This document shows positions 25,407 through 34,250 of a stretch of DNA of 64,000 nucleotides, piece by piece. The stretch spans positions 2,335 to 66,334 of the forward strand of contig JAFRCC010000001.1 in the NCBI GenBank assembly GCA_017404545.1. The letters run 5' to 3'. Under the pieces are notes generated by a model. It was not told the DNA's origin. It searched no databases and worked only from the letters and a program-made list of their open reading frames with translations. This DNA comes from Clostridia bacterium (lineage in GTDB: Bacteria; Bacillota; Clostridia; TANB77; CAG-508). The position numbers and the translations under genes were made by a program. The first letter of the stretch is position 1. Each line of letters begins with the position of its first letter.

Positions 25407-26429
25407 GTGACTATTGCTGAATTAGAGAAAAATATAAAAGAAAATAATCTAGCTAGCATATATTTATTGCATGGTAAAGAAAATTTTTTACTGGAAAATA
25501 GCTTGAAGAAAATAAAAAAATGTTTTGGCGAGCTAAAAGAAGGTCTAAATTATATTAAAATTGAAAATGCTAGTTCAGATAACATAATACTAGAGCTTCA
25601 AACTCCTCCATTTGGATTTGAAAAAAAACTAATAATCGTAAAAGACTCAGAGTTATTAAAGAAACAAGCGAAAAAAAAGAACCAGAATAATATAAATGAA
25701 ATCGAAAAGCTTGTTGAATTTCTTGAAAATGATTTTAAAAATGTTAAAGAACAAAATATAATAATTTTTATAGAAGAAGAAGCTGATAAAAATGCTCTAT
25801 ATAAAGCAATAGAAAAGCTTGGCGTAGTTTGTTGTTTTGAACCTGAAAAGGTGCAGGATATTGCTAGGCGAATAAAATTTATATGCAATAGTTATAGCGT
25901 AAATATTGATAATCCAACTATTTCATACTTTATAGAGTCGTGTGGAACAGATTTGCAAGACTTAATAAATGAAGTAAGAAAATTAATAGAGTATGCTGGA
26001 AAAGATGGAACAATAAAAAAAGAAGATATTGATGCACTATGTATAAAAAAATTTGAGAGTGTAATTTTTGATTTGACAGATAGTTTAGGTCAAAGAAATA
26101 TAAAATTAGCGTTAGAAGTATTAAAGAATTTGATATATGCTAAAGAGCCCATACAAAAAATTTTAGTTACACTATATAATCATTTTAAAAAACTATACAT
26201 TGTTAAACTTTGTGAAAAATACAATGAAGATATTCTAGAAAATTTGAAACTAAAACCAAATCAAACTTTTTTAGTTTCAAAATATAAAAGGCAAGCAGGC
26301 TATTTTTTAGAGGAAGAATTACGAAAAATATTAGCAGAGCTTATTAATATAGATGAAAGCTATAAAATTGGAAATTGTGATTTAAATATAGGCTTAGAAA
26401 CAATTTTATGTAGGTATTGTAGTAAATAA
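25407..26429 (+). CDS. holA: DNA polymerase III subunit delta
   Basis: 340-aa ORF with a GTG start after GGAGGGAGG. The N-terminus IYLLHGKENFLLE is typical of HolA, and the gene sits next to gpr. Confidence 0.85.
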   Translation: MTIAELEKNIKENNLASIYLLHGKENFLLENSLKKIKKCFGELKEGLNYIKIENASSDNIILELQTPPFGFEKKLIIVKDSELLKKQAKKKNQNNINEIEKLVEFLENDFKNVKEQNIIIFIEEEADKNALYKAIEKLGVVCCFEPEKVQDIARRIKFICNSYSVNIDNPTISYFIESCGTDLQDLINEVRKLIEYAGKDGTIKKEDIDALCIKKFESVIFDLTDSLGQRNIKLALEVLKNLIYAKEPIQKILVTLYNHFKKLYIVKLCEKYNEDILENLKLKPNQTFLVSKYKRQAGYFLEEELRKILAELINIDESYKIGNCDLNIGLETILCRYCSK

Positions 26430-26457
26430 AATTCTAAAATATGAATTAAAAGAAAAA

Positions 26458-26487
26458 AATCTCAAATAATAAATTTGAGATTTTTTA
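26458..26487 (+). terminator. intrinsic terminator
   Basis: Stem AATCTCAAAT / ATTTGAGATT followed by a T-run. Confidence 0.75.
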
Positions 26488-26520
26488 GCTCTTATAGAGC
26501 TGAAGTAAGGAGATTTTATT

Positions 26521-27459
26521 ATGTATAATTTTAGAACTGATATGGCAGATGAAAGAAATGAGTTTTACAAAGCATCAAATGATCTAGATAAAGATATTTC
26601 TGGGATAAAAACAAGCCAGTTTATAGAAAACAAACATATAAGACGTAATACGATTGATGTTTTAAATAAGAATGCCGAAAAAGCAATAGGAAAACCAATA
26701 GGTAAATATGTAACGTTTGATTTAGAAGATTTAAGGTATGCAGATGAGGATGAGATTGAAGAATCAGCTTCTATTATTGCAAAGGAATTAAAGAAAATTG
26801 TTGATGAGAAGATGCCTGAAAGTGATGGTGAGGTATTGGTTGTTGGGCTTGGAAATCAGTATGTAACGCCAGATTCGCTAGGCCCAAAAGTTATTTCAGA
26901 AATTGAGATAACAAGACATTTAAAAAAATATGCTCCTAAATATGTTGTTGATGGAGCAAAGTCTGTCAGTGCGATAGCACCTGGAGTGCTCGGAACAACT
27001 GGAATAGAAACCTTTGAAATTGTAAAAGGAATTGTAGAAAATATTAGACCAAAGCTTATAATTGCAATTGATAGCTTAGCTTCAAAAAGTATAAAAAGAA
27101 TAAGTAGTACAGTTCAAATTGGTAATACCGGAATTGTACCAGGTGGTGGCGTTGATAATAAAAGGATGGAGTTAAGTGAGAAAACATTAGGTGTGCCAGT
27201 TGTTGCAATTGGAGTACCAATGGTAGTTGATTTGGCAACAATAACAGATGAATGTTTAAATGTGTTAATTGGAAAATTACAAGACGAAGCAAAGTCAAAT
27301 GAATATCTAAACCACATAAAGAATCAAAGTAATTACGATGAGATAAGAAATGCACTGGTTCCAGACGATTTTAATATGATTGTTACACCCAAAGAAATAG
27401 ATGATTTAATTGAAAATATGAAGAATATTGTGTCAAAAAGCATTAACTACGCATTGTAG
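26521..27459 (+). CDS. gpr: germination protease (GPR endopeptidase)
   Basis: 312-aa ORF starting MYNFRTDMADE, with VVGLGNQYVTPDSLGP and IAIDSLAS motifs. Confidence 0.9.
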   Translation: MYNFRTDMADERNEFYKASNDLDKDISGIKTSQFIENKHIRRNTIDVLNKNAEKAIGKPIGKYVTFDLEDLRYADEDEIEESASIIAKELKKIVDEKMPESDGEVLVVGLGNQYVTPDSLGPKVISEIEITRHLKKYAPKYVVDGAKSVSAIAPGVLGTTGIETFEIVKGIVENIRPKLIIAIDSLASKSIKRISSTVQIGNTGIVPGGGVDNKRMELSEKTLGVPVVAIGVPMVVDLATITDECLNVLIGKLQDEAKSNEYLNHIKNQSNYDEIRNALVPDDFNMIVTPKEIDDLIENMKNIVSKSINYAL

Positions 27460-27475
27460 TTAATTAACAATTGAA

Positions 27476-27499
27476 GCCCTCTGCATAGAGGGTTTTTGT
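27476..27499 (+). terminator. intrinsic terminator
   Basis: CCCTCT-GCAT-AGAGGG followed by T5. Confidence 0.8.
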
Positions 27500-27641
27500 A
27501 TTATATAAAATTTGTCCGAAATTCCTATAATACAAAAGTACTGCCACTATAACAGTTTCGACGGCGTAGCCAACATTATTATTGTTTTTTTGCAGTTGCT
27601 ATTATATAATGAAAGCGATTCAGACGAAAGGAGAAATAAGA

Positions 27642-28247
27642 ATGAAAAATCTTAAAAAAATTAATATAGGACTTATTTTAACGATTATAACAGTGCTTGC
27701 TGTGGTAATATATTCTATCAATATAGAAAATCAAAGAAAAAATTCAAAAGAAGAGGTTAAGAAGTGTTGTGAGGAGTACATAGATTTGGTTAATAAATAT
27801 TCTGTATTGCCGGAAAATGTTCAGATTTTAGGCGAGGATGCAAAAAAAATTAATGTAGGTGATTTTTATAAGGAAATGGAAGAAAAGCTTAAAGATATTA
27901 CAATAAGCGATTCAGCGGCATTAATTCAAAAAAAGATTTTATCTAATTTTGTTGAGAAAGATTTGTTAGATACATCTATTTTTACAATTAACTATGATAG
28001 AAAAATTACCAAAATCAATTCGTACGAGTTTGATGGTAATCAAGTTACAGTTGCTTTTGAATGCAAAGCTACAATTAAACAAAAATATATTGAGGTCAAT
28101 TTAGAGACAGGAGAGCAATATGAGCGAATGAAGGAGCACAGCATTGATATGCCTAATAACTCAATAACTCTTGAAAATAAAGATGAGAAATGGAAAGTTG
28201 TATATTCAGACTTAGATTATGGAATTGTTGATAATGCGAGGAGGTAA
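27642..28247 (+). CDS. membrane-anchored hypothetical protein
   Basis: ORF 27582-28247. AAAGGAG precedes ATG 27642. It has an N-terminal signal-anchor helix and is first in an operon with the ABC pair. Confidence 0.65.
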   Translation: MKNLKKINIGLILTIITVLAVVIYSINIENQRKNSKEEVKKCCEEYIDLVNKYSVLPENVQILGEDAKKINVGDFYKEMEEKLKDITISDSAALIQKKILSNFVEKDLLDTSIFTINYDRKITKINSYEFDGNQVTVAFECKATIKQKYIEVNLETGEQYERMKEHSIDMPNNSITLENKDEKWKVVYSDLDYGIVDNARR

Positions 28248-28252
28248 GAAAT

Positions 28253-28972
28253 ATGAGCAACATAGTTTTAAAAATTGAAAATGTTAGTAAATATTTTGGA
28301 AAAACAAAAGTTGTTGATAATTTAAGCTTTGATGTTAAATCTGGCGAGATATTAGGTTTTTTAGGACCAAATGGAGCCGGGAAAACAACAACAATAAAAA
28401 TGATTTTGGGGCTTCTTTCAATTGACGAAGGGAGTATAAAAATAAACGGATATGATGTAAAAAAAGATTTTGAAAAGGCAATGGATTACATTGGGGGGAT
28501 AGTTGAAAATCCAGTTTTATATGGATATATGACTGCTGTTGACAATCTCAAATTACATGCCAAAATTAGAAATATAGATTACAGAGAAGTGTATAAAATA
28601 TTGAAGCAAGTGGGTCTCGAGAAAAGTATGAATCAAAAAATTTCAAAGTATTCACTTGGAATGAAACAAAGAGCTGGACTTGCTCTTTCGTTGTTACATT
28701 CTCCAAAGGTATTAATTTTGGATGAACCTACGAATGGTCTTGATCCAGATGGAATAAAGAACCTAAGAGATATATTAAAGAAAATTGCAAAAAATAATAA
28801 TGTTGCTGTTCTTGTATCTTCACACATTTTAAGTGAAATGGAATTAATATGCGATAGGATAGTTGTAATAAACGAAGGGAAATTTGTTAAAACACAAGAC
28901 TTAAACGGGAGTGAGGGTACTCTAGAAAGTATTTTTTTTGATGTAACAAAGGAGGGAAAAGAAGATGAGTAA
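28253..28972 (+). CDS. ABC transporter ATP-binding protein
   Basis: 239-aa ORF with Walker A GPNGAGKTT, the signature YSLGMKQR and Walker B LILDEPTNGLD. Confidence 0.92.
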   Translation: MSNIVLKIENVSKYFGKTKVVDNLSFDVKSGEILGFLGPNGAGKTTTIKMILGLLSIDEGSIKINGYDVKKDFEKAMDYIGGIVENPVLYGYMTAVDNLKLHAKIRNIDYREVYKILKQVGLEKSMNQKISKYSLGMKQRAGLALSLLHSPKVLILDEPTNGLDPDGIKNLRDILKKIAKNNNVAVLVSSHILSEMELICDRIVVINEGKFVKTQDLNGSEGTLESIFFDVTKEGKEDE

Positions 28973-30467
28973 ATTTTTTAAATTATGCAGTTGTGAATTT
29001 ACAAAGATAATGAAGAAAAAATCAACAAAAGTAATGTTTTTTGTACTTGTACTTGCTCTCCTAGCATCAGCAGGAATTACAGCATTAACAAAAAAAGTAA
29101 CGGATTATTCAGATGAGGAAATAGATAAATTAGACTATAAAAGTAAATTACAGGCAGAGATAGATTCAAGTAAACATGAACTTTCAGATAATACCAATAA
29201 TTTAGATGAATCAACGAAAAATGAGTTGCTAGCAAGAATAGATATATACCAATTTGCAATTGACAACGAAATTAATATGTATCAAACATATTGGAAATCT
29301 AATGTATTATTTTCAGATGTATTTACTTGTCAAGAGGGTGTATATAAATGTAAAAGCTTAGGGCAAGAAAATGAAGAAAAAAATTTACAAGAAAAAGTAG
29401 ATAAAATGTGTGATTATATAAAAAATGATAATTTTAACGGATACATAAATTATCAGAAGGAGAATTTAAAGAAATCATTTGACGCAGGAGAAATTGCTCA
29501 AGAAAACTATGATGTTCAATTATATATTTTAAATTTAAAAGAAAAATATGAAATAGGAAAATCATTTAATAAAGATGAGGTATGGAAAAATGGAATTCTT
29601 GAAGAAATAGATTCTTTAAAAGTAAGTCTAGCTACTGGAATTGACCAAACATCATTCAAATCTTTAACGGAAAAAACGTATAAGAAAACAGAAAATAGAA
29701 TAAAAATTGATGAATATAGACTAGAGCATAATATGGCTCCATCTATTACAGGAGATAAAATAACTTCGTTAGGCTCAACAAGAAAGGTTTTCGATTACAT
29801 TTCTGGAAGCTTTATTCAATTTGTTTTAACTATTATGATGGTTATAATTGCGGGAACAAGTATTTCATCAGAAATATCCAAAGGCACAATTAAATTTTGG
29901 AGCTGTACACCATGTAAAAGATGGAAAATATTATTATCAAAATTAGTTGTTTCAACATTAATATTGGTAATATGTACAGTAATTATATCATTATTTTCTA
30001 CTATTATTGGAAATATATTCTTTGGAGCTAAAAATGCCCAGGGCTACTTATTTGTTTCGAATGGAAATGTTCATGAAATAAACTATGTGCTATTCTCAAT
30101 AGTATATAATCTTGTTGGAGCAATTGAAATTTTTGTATTTATGGTATTTGCACTAATGCTTTCAACAGTTGCAAGAAATTCAGCAGTTTCAGTTGGATTA
30201 AGTATAGCAGCATACTTAGGTGGTTCAACAATTATGCAAGTAGTAAATATGTTTGTTAAATCAGATTGGATTAAATTTATTCCTTTTAACAATTTGTCGT
30301 TAACGGACAGAATATTTACTGGAGATATTTCATACAGCACATCAACAATGATATCTGGCATTACAGGGAACATACCTATTGGTTTTTCTTTTGCTGTATT
30401 AGGTATATGTGTTTTTCTAATGATTGTTACAATGTTTGATAGTTTTAGAAAGAGAGATATTGCTTAA
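28965..30467 (+). CDS. ABC-2 type transporter permease with a large extracytoplasmic insert
   Basis: 500-aa ORF overlapping the ATPase stop by 8 nt. It has one N-terminal helix, about 230 soluble residues, then 5 helices. Confidence 0.8.
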   Translation: MSKFFKLCSCEFTKIMKKKSTKVMFFVLVLALLASAGITALTKKVTDYSDEEIDKLDYKSKLQAEIDSSKHELSDNTNNLDESTKNELLARIDIYQFAIDNEINMYQTYWKSNVLFSDVFTCQEGVYKCKSLGQENEEKNLQEKVDKMCDYIKNDNFNGYINYQKENLKKSFDAGEIAQENYDVQLYILNLKEKYEIGKSFNKDEVWKNGILEEIDSLKVSLATGIDQTSFKSLTEKTYKKTENRIKIDEYRLEHNMAPSITGDKITSLGSTRKVFDYISGSFIQFVLTIMMVIIAGTSISSEISKGTIKFWSCTPCKRWKILLSKLVVSTLILVICTVIISLFSTIIGNIFFGAKNAQGYLFVSNGNVHEINYVLFSIVYNLVGAIEIFVFMVFALMLSTVARNSAVSVGLSIAAYLGGSTIMQVVNMFVKSDWIKFIPFNNLSLTDRIFTGDISYSTSTMISGITGNIPIGFSFAVLGICVFLMIVTMFDSFRKRDIA

Positions 30468-30475
30468 AATAAAGG

Positions 30476-30510
30476 GCGTGTAAGATTTGCTAACTTACAT
30501 GCTTTTATTT
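30476..30510 (+). terminator. intrinsic terminator
   Basis: Stem GCGTGTAAG / CTTACATGC followed by TTTTATTT. Confidence 0.7.
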
Positions 30511-30569
30511 GTTGTTTTGTTGCTCCAAAAACGTTATAATAGTGTAAATTTAGCAGGGAGGAATAGCTT

Positions 30570-31157
30570 ATGGATGATAAACTTCAAAAACTGTTTTGTG
30601 AATGTAAGAGCGAATTGAATGGAATTGGTATAGATATAGAAAATGAAAATATAGGGGATATAAGTATAGGCATTGGAAAGCGAAATTGCAAAAGGTATGG
30701 CTGTTGCAAGCAAGAAAATCCAATAAAATCAACCAAGTATATTGAGAAAATTGGTAGAAATAGATATATAAAATATGGTCAGTATAAAAGTCATAAAATT
30801 GAAATAAGTAAGTGGGTTATGAATTTGAATGATGATATTATAAAAAATACTATTATGCATGAAATAATACATTGCTTTCCAAATTGTAGTAATCATGGTG
30901 AACACTTCAAAAAATATGCTAGCTATATTAATAGCAGGCTTGGATACGATATTTCAAGAGTCGGAGATAAAAGAAAGGATATGGCAGAGAGTAATATTCA
31001 GGAGGAAGCGGAAAAATATAATTATAAAATTGAATGTACAAATTGTGGATACAATTTTCTTAGGAAGAGATTAAATTGTAATTTCTCAAGAAAATATAGA
31101 TGTGGAAAGTGTGGAGGTAAGCTTCAAACAATGAAGGGAATATTTTATAAAATTTAA
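30570..31157 (+). CDS. SprT-like zinc metallopeptidase domain protein
   Basis: 195-aa ORF with the HExxH motif IMHEIIHC and a C-terminal zinc ribbon CTNCGY ... CGKCGG. Confidence 0.75.
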   Translation: MDDKLQKLFCECKSELNGIGIDIENENIGDISIGIGKRNCKRYGCCKQENPIKSTKYIEKIGRNRYIKYGQYKSHKIEISKWVMNLNDDIIKNTIMHEIIHCFPNCSNHGEHFKKYASYINSRLGYDISRVGDKRKDMAESNIQEEAEKYNYKIECTNCGYNFLRKRLNCNFSRKYRCGKCGGKLQTMKGIFYKI

Positions 31158-31179
31158 GACAAAATATACAATGTTAGCC

Positions 31180-31208
31180 TTGACAAACAAATTGTGTCAT
31201 AATATAAT
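31180..31208 (+). promoter_or_regulatory. consensus sigma-A promoter for the regulator-suf operon
   Basis: TTGACA (31180-31185), 17-nt spacer, TATAAT (31203-31208). Confidence 0.65.
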
Positions 31209-31225
31209 GTTAGCCGAAGCTAACA
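31208..31225. promoter_or_regulatory. palindromic operator candidate (DtxR/IdeR-like iron box)
   Basis: TGTTAGC-CGAA-GCTAACA abuts the -10 element. A half-site ATGTTAGCC is repeated at 31171-31179 next to the -35. Confidence 0.45.
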
Positions 31226-31238
31226 AAGGGAGATTATT

Positions 31239-31691
31239 ATGATATCAAAGTCTTTAGAGGAATATTTAAAAACAATGTATATACTAAAGCAACAAAATGG
31301 GAATATACGCGTCACAGATATTGCAAATAAGATGAATTGCACGAAGGCAAGCGTGAATAAAGCTATTAATAATTTAAAAGATAATAATTTAGTAAACTAT
31401 GAATCATATGGAAAAATTGAACTAACTACAGAAGGAGAAAATTTGTCAAAAAAAATACTTGAGGCATATGATATAGTTTACATTTTTTTGAGAGAGGTCT
31501 TAAATTTAAGCGATGACGATGCAAAGAGCGAGGCAGAAAGCATTAAGGGGGCAATACAAGATACAACAATAAACAAACTAGCCAAATATGTTCACAAGGA
31601 GCTAGGATTAAGTAGTTTGGATTGTGATTATGATATAAATAAAGAAAAATGTCGAAGTTGCGCTAGAAGAACTGCTTCAAAAAAACTTTAA
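31239..31691 (+). CDS. DtxR/MntR-family metal-dependent transcriptional regulator
   Basis: 150-aa ORF. LEEYLKTMYIL and the winged-helix region are typical of the DtxR family. It has a short Cys-containing tail. Confidence 0.85.
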   Translation: MISKSLEEYLKTMYILKQQNGNIRVTDIANKMNCTKASVNKAINNLKDNNLVNYESYGKIELTTEGENLSKKILEAYDIVYIFLREVLNLSDDDAKSEAESIKGAIQDTTINKLAKYVHKELGLSSLDCDYDINKEKCRSCARRTASKKL

Positions 31692-31711
31692 ATGTGGAGG
31701 AAGGATTTATA

Positions 31712-32449
31712 ATGAAAGAATTATTAGAAATAAAAAATTTACACGCGGGAGTAGAAGACAAGGAAATACTAAAGGGAGTAGATTTAGCAATAAAACCAGG
31801 AGAAATACACGTAATAATGGGACCTAATGGGTCTGGTAAAACTACTACTGCAAATGCAATACTAAATAATCCAGAATATACAAAAACAGAAGGAAGCATT
31901 ACTTTTAATGGTGAAGATATAACAAATGAATCAACAGATGAAATTGCAAGAAAAGGTGTATTTATGTCTTTCCAATTACCAGAAGAAATACCAGGGGTTT
32001 CTGTAACTAATTTCTTAAAATATGCTAAAAATAAAATTACAGGGAAGCCAGTTAAAATATTCGAGTTTAAAAAAGAGCTTCAAAAATATATGGAAGAGCT
32101 TAATATGAATCCTAAAAATATGGAAAGAAGCTTAAATGTTGGTTTCTCTGGTGGTGAGAAAAAGAAAAACGAAATATTGCAAATGCTAGTTTTAAACCCT
32201 AAACTTGCAATACTAGATGAAACAGATTCTGGTCTTGATGTTGATGCAATAAAAACAGTTTCAAAAGGTATTGAAATGTTCAAGAATGAAGAGAATGCTG
32301 TTTTAATAATTACGCATAATACAAAAATTTTACATAGTTTAAAAGTTGACTATGTTCATATATTTATCGATGGAAAAATTGTTAAAACTGGTAGCCAAGA
32401 ATTGGCAAAAGAAATTGAAGAGAATGGATATGGAAAATATAAAAAATAG
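31712..32449 (+). CDS. sufC: Fe-S cluster assembly ATPase SufC
   Basis: ORF 31694-32449. GGAGGAAGG precedes ATG 31712. Motifs: GPNGSGKTT, FSGGEKKKNEI, ILDETDSGLD. Confidence 0.95.
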   Translation: MKELLEIKNLHAGVEDKEILKGVDLAIKPGEIHVIMGPNGSGKTTTANAILNNPEYTKTEGSITFNGEDITNESTDEIARKGVFMSFQLPEEIPGVSVTNFLKYAKNKITGKPVKIFEFKKELQKYMEELNMNPKNMERSLNVGFSGGEKKKNEILQMLVLNPKLAILDETDSGLDVDAIKTVSKGIEMFKNEENAVLIITHNTKILHSLKVDYVHIFIDGKIVKTGSQELAKEIEENGYGKYKK

Positions 32450-32474
32450 CCGCTGGGATTGCTCCCCAGCAGCG
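32441..32474 (-). terminator. minus-strand intrinsic terminator of the antisense small gene
   Basis: On the minus strand, stem GCTGGG / CCCAGC (extendable to 9 bp) is followed by TATTTTTT. The T-tract overlaps the last codons of sufC. Confidence 0.65.
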
Positions 32475-32488
32475 ACCGAAGTATTAGC

Positions 32489-32686
32489 TTATTTTTTATT
32501 GTGCTCGAAAACACTGTCTATGATGTCTGAAGCTATAAACGGGGAAAACGGTACAATGAAAAGTACGATTGCCGCCCATACAGGTGATTCAATTGCCACA
32601 GCTACACAAACAAATATCCAGGCAAAAATAGCTAAGCTTGTGATTATTCGAGAAAGTACCCGAGTAACCGATTTAGAATACTTCAT
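32489..32686 (-). CDS. small hydrophobic protein (65 aa, two predicted TM helices) antisense within the suf operon
   Basis: GGAGG lies 8 nt before the ATG (minus strand). It has its own consensus promoter and terminator and is GC-richer than the surroundings. No family recognised. Confidence 0.6.
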   Translation of the reverse strand: MKYSKSVTRVLSRIITSLAIFAWIFVCVAVAIESPVWAAIVLFIVPFSPFIASDIIDSVFEHNKK

Positions 32687-32715
32687 AAATACACCTCCAA
32701 AAGTATTTGGAGAGA

Positions 32716-32744
32716 ATTATATAAAATATAAATACTATTGTCAA
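32716..32744 (-). promoter_or_regulatory. consensus sigma-A promoter on the minus strand
   Basis: The reverse complement reads TTGACA (32744-32739), 17-nt spacer, TATAAT (32721-32716). Confidence 0.55.
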
Positions 32745-32760
32745 GTGAGAGGAAATAGAA

Positions 32761-34161
32761 ATGGCTAAAACGCAATTAGAAGAAATTAATAGAAATATAT
32801 ACGATATAAAAAATAAAGATGAGTATGATTACAAAATAAAAAAGGGTCTTACAAGAGAAATTGTGGAAGAAATTTCTAATCAAAAAAATGACCCAGATTG
32901 GATGAGAGAAATAAGGTTAAAAGCATTAGAAACATACAACAAATTAGAAATGCCAACATGGGGGCCAGACCTATCAGAGCTAAATATGGACGAGATTGCA
33001 ACATATGTTAGACCTAAATCAAAATTAAATAGTTCGTGGGATGATGTTCCAGATGATATAAAGAATACATTTGATAAACTTGGAATTCCAGAAGCGGAAA
33101 AAACGTCACTAGCTGGTGTTGGTGCTCAATACGATTCAGAAGTTGTATATCATAGCATGAAAGATGAATTATTAAAGCAAGGTGTTATATACACAGATAT
33201 GGAAACTGCAGTAAAAGATTATCCAGATTTGGTAAAAGAGCATTTTATGAAATGTGTTCCAATATCAGATCATAAATTTGTTGCTCTTCACGCTGCTGTA
33301 TGGTCAGGTGGTTCATTTGTATACGTACCAAAGGGTGTTAAACTAGAAATGCCATTACAATCATATTTTAGGTTAAATTCTCCAGAATCTGGACAATTTG
33401 AACATACACTTATTATAGTTGATGAAGGCGCAAGCTTACATTTTATAGAGGGATGTAGTGCTCCAAAATATAACAAAGTTAATTTACACGCTGGTTGTGT
33501 TGAATTATATGTAAGAGATAATGCATATTTAAGATATTCTACAATAGAAAACTGGTCGAAAAATATGCTTAACCTAAATACTAAAAAAGCAATATGTGGA
33601 AAGAATGCTGAGGTTGATTGGGTATCGGGTTCATTTGGTTCAAAAATATCAATGTTATACCCAATGAGTATTCTGAATGGTGAAGGTGCCAAGACGGAAT
33701 TTACAGGAATATCGTTTGCTGGTGGTGGACAAAACCTAGACAATGGATTCAAAGCAATCCACAACGCACCAAATACATCGAGTGTTGTAAATGCAAAATC
33801 AATATCTAAAAATGGCGGAAAATGTACGTATAGATCACTAATTAGAATAAATGAAAATGCAACAGGGTCTAAATCATCAGTATCATGCGAAAGTTTAATG
33901 TTAGATGATTTTTCTATATCAGATACAGTGCCAACAAATGATATAAGAACAGACGAAGTAGAATTCTCACACGAAGCTAAAATAGGAAAAATTTCAGATA
34001 AAACCATATTCTATTTAATGAGTAGGGGCTTATCCGAGGAAGATGCAAAGGCAATGATAGTTAGAGGATTTGCATATCCAATATCAAAAGAGCTACCAGT
34101 AGAGTATGCTGTTGAGATGAACAATCTAATAAACCTAGAGCTAGAGGGAGCAATAGGTTAA
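32761..34161 (+). CDS. sufB: Fe-S cluster assembly protein SufB
   Basis: 466-aa ORF with conserved SufB blocks (HAAVWSGGSFVYVPKGV, FIEGCSAP, HEAKIGKIS). Confidence 0.97.
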   Translation: MAKTQLEEINRNIYDIKNKDEYDYKIKKGLTREIVEEISNQKNDPDWMREIRLKALETYNKLEMPTWGPDLSELNMDEIATYVRPKSKLNSSWDDVPDDIKNTFDKLGIPEAEKTSLAGVGAQYDSEVVYHSMKDELLKQGVIYTDMETAVKDYPDLVKEHFMKCVPISDHKFVALHAAVWSGGSFVYVPKGVKLEMPLQSYFRLNSPESGQFEHTLIIVDEGASLHFIEGCSAPKYNKVNLHAGCVELYVRDNAYLRYSTIENWSKNMLNLNTKKAICGKNAEVDWVSGSFGSKISMLYPMSILNGEGAKTEFTGISFAGGGQNLDNGFKAIHNAPNTSSVVNAKSISKNGGKCTYRSLIRINENATGSKSSVSCESLMLDDFSISDTVPTNDIRTDEVEFSHEAKIGKISDKTIFYLMSRGLSEEDAKAMIVRGFAYPISKELPVEYAVEMNNLINLELEGAIG

Positions 34162-34162
34162 A

Positions 34163-34189
34163 TTAATTTTGGGGACGGAGCAAATAATT
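34163..34189. repeat. copy of the GGGGACGGAGCAAATAATT motif (half element)
   Basis: TTAATTTTGGGGACGGAGCAAATAATT starts 2 nt after the sufB stop. The same 19-mer occurs at 48553-48571. Confidence 0.6.
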
Positions 34190-34250
34190 AAAACTTTTAG
34201 ATTATAAATTTTTTCGCTTCGAAATATGTTCTAGAATAGAAAGGAAAAAT

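Noticed and set aside
32346-32768. 140-aa + strand ORF spanning the end of sufC and the sufC-sufB spacer.
   Set aside because: It starts inside sufC in another frame without an RBS. It is the antisense shadow of the better-supported 65-aa minus-strand gene.
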